A stretch of 63,537 nt of DNA. Source: an uncultured Oscillospiraceae bacterium. Its GTDB lineage: Bacteria > Bacillota > Clostridia > Oscillospirales > CAG-382. A program made the position numbers and the translations under genes. Where the stretch lies: NCBI GenBank assembly GCA_964525815.1, contig CAZGJQ010000001.1:1-63537 (forward strand). Direction: 5' to 3'. Under the pieces are notes generated by a model. It was given only the letters and a program-made list of their open reading frames with translations. It was not told the DNA's origin and did no database searches. Shown here piece after piece: positions 19,878 to 27,300 of this stretch. Within the stretch, counting starts at the first letter, position 1. Each line of letters starts with the position of its first letter.

Positions 19878-20906
19878 TTAATCATCTATTTTATCTTTTG
19901 GGTGTGCATGATGATGTTTTTCATCTTCTCCAATATGAGAATGAGGGTGACTGTGTTCAATCATATGGCTGTGGGTAGTGCCATCGTGCGTGTGGGTCAT
20001 AATGTGAGTGTGGGCGTGTGCGTGATAGGTAATCATTGTATCTGCAACAATTACGGCTGAACCCAATAACATCAGAACCAACGCAATAAAGTAATTTTGT
20101 GTGAGTGTTTCTTTCAAGAATACAAAAGACAAGAAAGCACCCACAAACGGTGCAATCGCATAGTATGCACTCGTTTTTGCTGCACCCAATATGCTTTGAG
20201 CTTTAATGTAATAGAAAATGCTCAAACCATAAGCCACAAAACCGAGACTTAGGGCAAGCAGCACAAGTAGCATATCGGGTAGTTGTTCTCCTATTACAAG
20301 AGCAATTATCAGCGAGCCAAGACCAGAAAAGATGCCTTTAAGGGTAACAATCTGATAGGGGCTTTTGTCTGAAATTTTACGGGTACAGTTGTTTTCAAGG
20401 CCCCAACACAAGGCGGCTAATAACACAAATCCCGAACCCCACGAAAATTGCAGGCTCGACATATCCTCGAAGCTGAGAATTGCACTTGATAAGGAAATTA
20501 GCACTATCGCAACCCAAAGACGCTTTGAAATTAGTTCCTTGAAAACCAATAGTGCAATCAGCGAGGTAGCAACGATTTCAAAATTGTTCAGTAGCGAAGC
20601 ATTGGATGATGTGGTATGCAGCAAGCCGAACATCAGAAAAATCGGTGCCAATATATCTAAGAAAATCATTCCGAGAGTATAGGGCAAATCACTTTTTGTT
20701 AAAAGCTTCGCCTTGTCAATTTTCTTGCGCTTGAAAAAGAACAATATGCCAACGCCAATTCCTGCACCAAGATACAGAAACGCTGCCATCATAGTAGGCT
20801 CGACATTCTTTAGCAACACCTTGGATGCAGGCATATTAAGAGCATAAAAAACGGCGGCAAGAATGGCAAATACCGTTGCTTTTATTTTGCTATTAGATTT
20901 CTTCAT
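19878..20906 (-). CDS. DMT/EamA family transporter with a His-rich C-terminal tail (cargo)
   Basis: About ten TM segments in two EamA-like halves. The C-terminus is TYHAHAHTHIMTHTHDGTTHSHMIEHSHPHSHIGEDEKHHHAHPKD. Confidence 0.8.
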   Translation of the reverse strand: MKKSNSKIKATVFAILAAVFYALNMPASKVLLKNVEPTMMAAFLYLGAGIGVGILFFFKRKKIDKAKLLTKSDLPYTLGMIFLDILAPIFLMFGLLHTTSSNASLLNNFEIVATSLIALLVFKELISKRLWVAIVLISLSSAILSFEDMSSLQFSWGSGFVLLAALCWGLENNCTRKISDKSPYQIVTLKGIFSGLGSLIIALVIGEQLPDMLLVLLALSLGFVAYGLSIFYYIKAQSILGAAKTSAYYAIAPFVGAFLSFVFLKETLTQNYFIALVLMLLGSAVIVADTMITYHAHAHTHIMTHTHDGTTHSHMIEHSHPHSHIGEDEKHHHAHPKDKIDD

Positions 20907-20910
20907 CGTG

Positions 20911-21186
20911 TTATCTCATATTAGCGAAACGCTCTACTGCCTTTGTAAAGCTCTCGATAGTCTTATCTGCATCTCCGTTTTCGATACCATCACGAACACA
21001 ATGCTTGATGTGACCTTCCAACACAACCTTTCCGCAGCTATGTACTGCTGATTTCACAGCGTTTAACTGCGATAGCACTTCCTCACAAGGCTTGTCCTCG
21101 TCAATCATTCGGTCGATGGCTTGAATCTGACCGATGATTTTATTCAATCTACGGTGTAGATTGAAGGTGTCCATACATTTACTCAT
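20911..21186 (-). CDS. csoR: CsoR/RcnR/FrmR family metal-sensing repressor
   Basis: A 91-aa protein with RLNKIIGQIQAIDRMIDEDKPCEEVLSQLNAVKSAVHSCG. The C..H..C ligand pattern matches DUF156 repressors. Confidence 0.8.
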   Translation of the reverse strand: MSKCMDTFNLHRRLNKIIGQIQAIDRMIDEDKPCEEVLSQLNAVKSAVHSCGKVVLEGHIKHCVRDGIENGDADKTIESFTKAVERFANMR

Positions 21187-21199
21187 AACATCCTCCTTT

Positions 21200-21250
21200 A
21201 TACCTATGGGGGTATGGGTATATTATACGCTATTGGTAAGATTTTTTCAA
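21200..21250 (-). promoter_or_regulatory. Sigma-A type promoter plus CsoR-type operator
   Basis: On the minus strand, TTGAAA (21245-21250), a 17-nt spacer and TATAAT (21222-21227). Immediately downstream is ATACCTATGGGGGTAT (21200-21215), an ATACC/GGTAT inverted repeat around a G-tract, like the copZA-type CsoR operators I recall. Confidence 0.5.
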
Positions 21251-21328
21251 TAGGCTCAAGAAAGTTTACAATTACATAGCCGACAGGACACCAACACACG
21301 GCTAACATTTCAGAAGGAGGTTTTTACA

Positions 21329-24300
21329 TTGCCAAGTAAACTGGACTTTTACTCACAAATGGCAGACCGAACAGCAAGGCAGGTCACAGGCAGTTTTGGT
21401 GAGTGGACGGCGTTCCTTGAAACAATGGGACGACTGTATAAGTACCCGTTCCACGAGCAGTTGATGATTTTCGCCCAAAAGCCAAACGCAACTGCCTGTG
21501 CCGACTATGACCTTTGGAATAAGCAGATGGGCAGATATGTCCGTCGTGGCACCAAGGGCATCGCTTTGATTGACACATCCGGCGACAATCCAAGGCTCAA
21601 ATATGTGTTTGATGTTTCCGATACAGGCGGCAGAGAGAACTCTCGCCGCCTTAATCTTTGGGAGTACAAGGACGAGCATCAAGACACTGTTACCGCAGCT
21701 CTGGAAAATCGCTTTGGCGTTTCCGGTGAGAAAGGTCTTGCCGACCAACTGGAGAAAATTGCATCCAAGCTCGTGACCGAATACTGGAACGACAACCGCC
21801 GTGACATCCTCGGCATCCTTGCCGATTCCTTCCTTGAGGAGTATGATGATTACAACGTAGAGGTTGCGTTCCGCAATGCCGCTACCGTGAGCACCACCTA
21901 CACGCTCATGTCTCGCTGTGGCCTGAACCCCGGCGATTACTTTGAGCACGAGGACTTTTTGAGCGTATTCGACTTTAACACCCGTGACACAATCGCTGCC
22001 CTCGGCACGGTTATCAGCAATACCTCCGAGCAGGTTTTAAGGCAGATTGCGGTCACAGTAAAAAATCACGAGCGAGAAGCAAGTCTGCAGCAGCAGGCGG
22101 AAAGGACACAGAGTTATGGAGAACACATTGAACTACACGAAGAACGGGGATTACTTTATCCCGAATCTGACGCTGACCGAGACCGAGACGAAGCCCCTGG
22201 GCAAGTATGGCAGGATGCGGAAGCAGTACCTGCAGGAGCACAGACCGGTGCTGTGGAACCAGATGATTCTGTCGGAGAGCCTGTACCCGCATCTGAGGGA
22301 AATCGACGAGACGGCGAACCGCAGAATGGAACAGATGATGCCCGAACTGATGAAAGCGAACGGCGTGACGGAGGAACTGAAAGCCAGCGACCCGATGAAG
22401 TGGGTGGGCTTGATGAACAACCTCAAAGCGCAAGCCGAAGAAACAATTCTCGCAGAACTGGTTCTGGCATAACCGGACAGCTAACCCTCTTTGACGTAGG
22501 GTTATTCCCAAGTGAACAAGAACAAATATCCTTCATTGATGAAGCGGAGAGTGTAAAACCTGCACCCTTCGCTTTTTCTTTTGCCCAGGAGGATATTGAC
22601 GATGTGCTTCGCCTTGCAAGCAACTCAGAGCACACACGAATGAATGTAGCTGCGGCTTTCCAAAAGCAAAAGCCGATGGATGAAATCGTGTCTCTGCTCC
22701 AAAAGGAATATCACGGCGGCGCAGGATTAAAGTCCGAGCGTGGTGAGTTCTCGGTATGGTATGCCGAGGACGGTATTCACCTTGCCAAAGGCAGAACGGC
22801 GAGATATTCCAAGACCGCACAGGTCATTTCTTGGGAGGATGCCGCCGAGCGTATCGGTCAGCTTATGGATGAGGGCAAGTACGCCACCAATGTGGAGCTT
22901 GCCGAAGCGGAGCTTCACGAGCGTACCGAGCTTTCTCATAAGCTGTGGTATATCCGTGGGGATTTGAGCGATGAAGCCAGGGAGCAGAATGTTCTCGGCA
23001 CTTTGCAGGACTACCGCAGAGGCGGTTTTCCCGATGCGACCGCAAGGCTCGCAGAGGATTTGAAAGACCCCACTTTCCGTGAAATGCTGTCTGCCGATTA
23101 CGCCGCTTTTATGGATGCCTACAAAGCAGAACGTGATGTAATGCGTTTCCACTACCACAAGCCCGTTGAGATTTGGAACGCTCTGCAAGACCTTGACTTG
23201 CCAAGGCGTGAATGTACCTCCGATATGGCAGAAGTGCCGAAGGTGGGAATGTTCATCACCGAGGACGAGATTGATGCGACCTTGAACCGAGGCAGTAATG
23301 TCAAGGGCGGCAAGGGTCGTATTTACGGTTATCTTACCGGCTCTCACAACTCTAAGGAAAAGGCAGACTTCCTAAAGAACGAGTACGGTATCGGCGGCAG
23401 CTCTCACTCTGTATCCGGTCGTGGATGGATTGACAGCTCCGGCAAGGGCATCCGCTTGCAGAAGCCCGATTGTGCCGATGTGGAGCTGAACTGGAACAAG
23501 GTTCTCACACGCTTTGAAAACCTTATCCGAAACGGCAGATATTTCACCCCCGAACAGAAAGCCAAGTATGAGGAAATGCAGACCCGTGAGGGACAATTCC
23601 GCAAGCTGATGGACGCATATAACGACATCAAGCACGAACATCCCGATGATATTGTGCTGTTCCAAGTCGGAGATTTCTTTGAAACGTACGGCGAGGATGC
23701 CAAAACCGCTGCAAAGCTGCTTGACCTCAATCTGACCACACGCCCCGTTGCCGGTGCCGGACGAGTGGAAATGTGCGGTATTCCTGCCCACACTTTGGAG
23801 CAGTCCGTTGAAAAGCTCCGTGCCACCCACGGCGTTACTGTCTCGGAGTTTAACGGCATCGTAAACGAGCATATAAGCCGTTCCTTGCCCGTTCTCCCGG
23901 CGGTTGAGGAATTATCCCAAGAACCTGAAATTGAGCCTGTAAGCGTTACAGAAGCCCCAAATGAGTCCCCACCTGCGACAGTTGAAGCTCCCGTTGTCTC
24001 CCGTGAAATCACGCAAGCTGAAATTGATGAAGCTCTGCAAAGATGGAATGGCGATATAGAAAGCAAGCGTTCCGTGGTTCGCTATATGGCAGACCACGCC
24101 CGTGAGCGTGACACAGCCGCTTGGCTCTCCAAGGAATACGGCGGCGATGTATCGAAGCCCCTGCACATCACCGTGACAGGTACGGACATTGATTATGAAA
24201 TGTCCTGGGCAAAGGTACAGCGCCGAGTGGCACAACTCATCAAGGAGGACAGGTTTTATACCCAAGAGGAATACGACCGTCTGGACGATATTGACCCCGT

Positions 24301-27300
24301 GTATATCCGTGCGGAGCTTGCCCAGCGTGGTATCGTGAACGGCGAATTGGTCGAACCCGAAAAGCTCGACAATGACCCTTTTATTCAGCAGGTAAACGCA
24401 GATGTGAAGTCACTTTCCGAGTCCGTTGAAGCGTGGGAAGCCGAACAGGAAGCGAAACGAAATGAAGCGATTGCAAGGTTGACCGATGAACAGCAGACCT
24501 TTGTGGAAGCTATGAATGTGGCAGGCTATGTGTATCAGCACAACGTTGGATATTCCGGCGAGCCTATCGTTTTCTATGCCAACACGGACAGCTATCCTAT
24601 CAGCTTTGCAAACTGGAACGATGCGTACGACTGGATTGATAATGCCGAGCTGAAGCTGGAACCCGGTCTCCGTGACAAGGTACAAGCGGTTCTTCATCCC
24701 GATGAACCACCTCGTATGACCGATGCGGAGTTTGCAGCCGAACACCTTGTCCCTCGTGAGTCCACCTATGAGATTGACGGTCGCAGATTTATCGTTGACA
24801 GCGTAAATCTTGACTTCGGAAGCGTTAGCCTGCAGGACGTGACCTTCCAGAACCAAACGGGCTTTCCGATTTTCAGAAGTGAATCCATTGAGTTTATGCG
24901 TAGGCTCGTGGAGATCAGCGAAGCACAGTGTAATGCGGAGCTGCCTACCGAGCCGAAACTGGAGTCCGAGACCGTGGCGTTTTACTCTGCGGAGGACAAT
25001 CATCTTCCGTATGATGTGGAAATCCGCACCATCAAGGCGGTCGAACCCGAACCGCCTACCCCTAAACCGGAGCTTCACAACTTCCAAATCACCGATGACC
25101 ACCTGGGCGAAGACGTGGTGACGGCGAACGCAGGCTTTTCGCCGAAAGCAAAGTTCCGTATGAATATGGATGCCATCAATCTTCTGAAAGAATTGGAGTT
25201 TGACGGCAGACAGGCAACACCGGAAGAACAGGTTATTTTGTCGAAATATGTCGGTTGGGGCGGTCTGGCAGATGCCTTTGATGAAACAAAGGACAACTGG
25301 AAGAACGAGTTCGCAGAGCTATACGCAACCCTTTCTCCCGAAGAATACGCCGCAGCACGAAGTTCTACACTGAACGCTCACTATACAAGTCCTACCGTCA
25401 TTAAGGCTATCTATGAAGCCGTTGGCAATATGGGCTTTGAGACCGGCAACATTCTGGAGCCGTCTATGGGCGTCGGCAATTTCTTCGGTTGTCTGCCCGA
25501 AACGATGCAGAACAGTAAGCTCTACGGCGTGGAGCTGGACAGCATCACAGGGCGAATCGCAAAACAGCTTTACCCCAAGGCAGACATCACTATTGCAGGC
25601 TTTGAGACCACCGACAGACGAGACTTCTATGACCTCGCTATCGGCAACGTGCCTTTCGGTCAGTACCAAGTGAACGACCGTGCTTATAACAAGCTCGGCT
25701 TTTCTATCCACGATTACTTTTTTGCCAAGGCTCTCGACCAGGTAAGACCGGGCGGTGTGGTTGCGTTCGTGACCTCCCGATACACCATGGATAAGCAATC
25801 TCCCGAAGTGCGTAAGTATATCGCACAGAGAGCCGAACTGCTCGGTGCTATCCGTCTGCCCAACAATGCTTTCAAGGCAAACGCAGGAACAGAGGTCGTC
25901 TCCGACATCATCTTCCTGCAAAAGCGTGACAGACCGATTGAGATTGAACCCGATTGGGTGCATCTTGGCAAGAACGACGACGGGTTTGCCATCAACAGCT
26001 ATTTCATCGACAACCCCGAAATGGTGCTTGGTCGCCAGACCTCGGAAAGCACACAGTACGGTAAACAGGACTTTACTGTTGAGCCGTATGAGGGCTTGGA
26101 TTTGAGCGTTCAGCTCAAGTACGCTATCCAGAACATCAAGGGCACTTATACCGAAGCGGAGCTTCCCGAACTCGGTGATGGTGAAGCCATTGATACCTCT
26201 ATCCCGGCAGACCCGAACGTAAAGAACTACTCCTATACCGTGGTGGACGGCGATGTGTACTACCGTGAAAACAGCCGAATGGTGAAGCCCGAACTCAACG
26301 CAACGGCAACGGAGCGTGTTAAGGGTATGGTGGAGCTTCGGGACTGCGTTCAAAAGCTCATCGGTCAGCAGATGGACGGTTTCGTTTCGGATGCGACCAT
26401 CCGTGAGACCCAAAGAGAGCTGAACGACCTCTACGACAAATTCACAGCAAAACACGGTCTTATCAACAGCCGTGGCAACGCACTTGCTTTTGCAGACGAC
26501 AGCTCCTATTATCTGCTTTGCTCTCTGGAAGTGCTCGACGAGGACAACAACCTCAAACGCAAGGCGGATATGTTCACCAAGCGTACCATTAAGCCGAGCG
26601 AGGTCGTGACCTCGGTTGACACGGCTGCGGAAGCTCTGGCAGTTTCTATCGCAGAGAAAGCCCGTGTGGATATGGAGTATATGTCCTCTCTGACCGGCAA
26701 GAGCGAAGAAGAACTCGCAAGCGATTTGCGTAGCGTTATCTATATGGATTTCAACCGCAAGCCCGATGGCCCGTACACTTGGCGTACTGCTGATGATTTT
26801 CTCTCCGGTAACGTCCGTGAAAAGCTCGCCTACTATCAGAAAGCTCTTGACCTTCTTCCCGAAGATGCGAACCACCGCAACGAGATTGCCGACAATGTGG
26901 AAGCTCTTAAAATGGCACAGCCCAAAGACCTGGATGCCTCTGAAATCGAAGTACGCCTCGGTGCAACGTGGATTGACAAGTCCTATATTCAGCAGTTTAT
27001 GGTGGAGACCTTTGAACCGCCGTATTACCTGCGCAGGAGCATCGAAGTGAACTACTCGCCTTTCTCGGCAGAATGGAACATTACGGGGAAATCTCAGCCG
27101 TCCTACAGCGACGTAAACGCCTATATGACCTACGGCACGGACAGAGCCAACGCCTACAAGATTTTGGAGGACACTCTGAATCTGCGTGATGTTCGTATCT
27201 ATGACACCGTAACTGACCCCGACGGCAAGGAAAGACGTGTGCTGAACTCCAAGGAAACGACCCTTGCACAGCAGAAGCAGCAGGCAATCAAAGATGCGTT

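Noticed and set aside
19788-20060. A plus-strand ORF with a repetitive H/V/C-rich translation.
   Set aside because: It is the mirror image of the His-rich tail coding region of the minus-strand DMT transporter and crosses the intergenic terminator.
22053-22511. 152-aa and 91-aa antisense ORFs over the TnpV-like segment.
   Set aside because: They are explained by the strong G/C third-position bias of the sense ORF, which removes stop codons from several frames. No family resemblance was seen.
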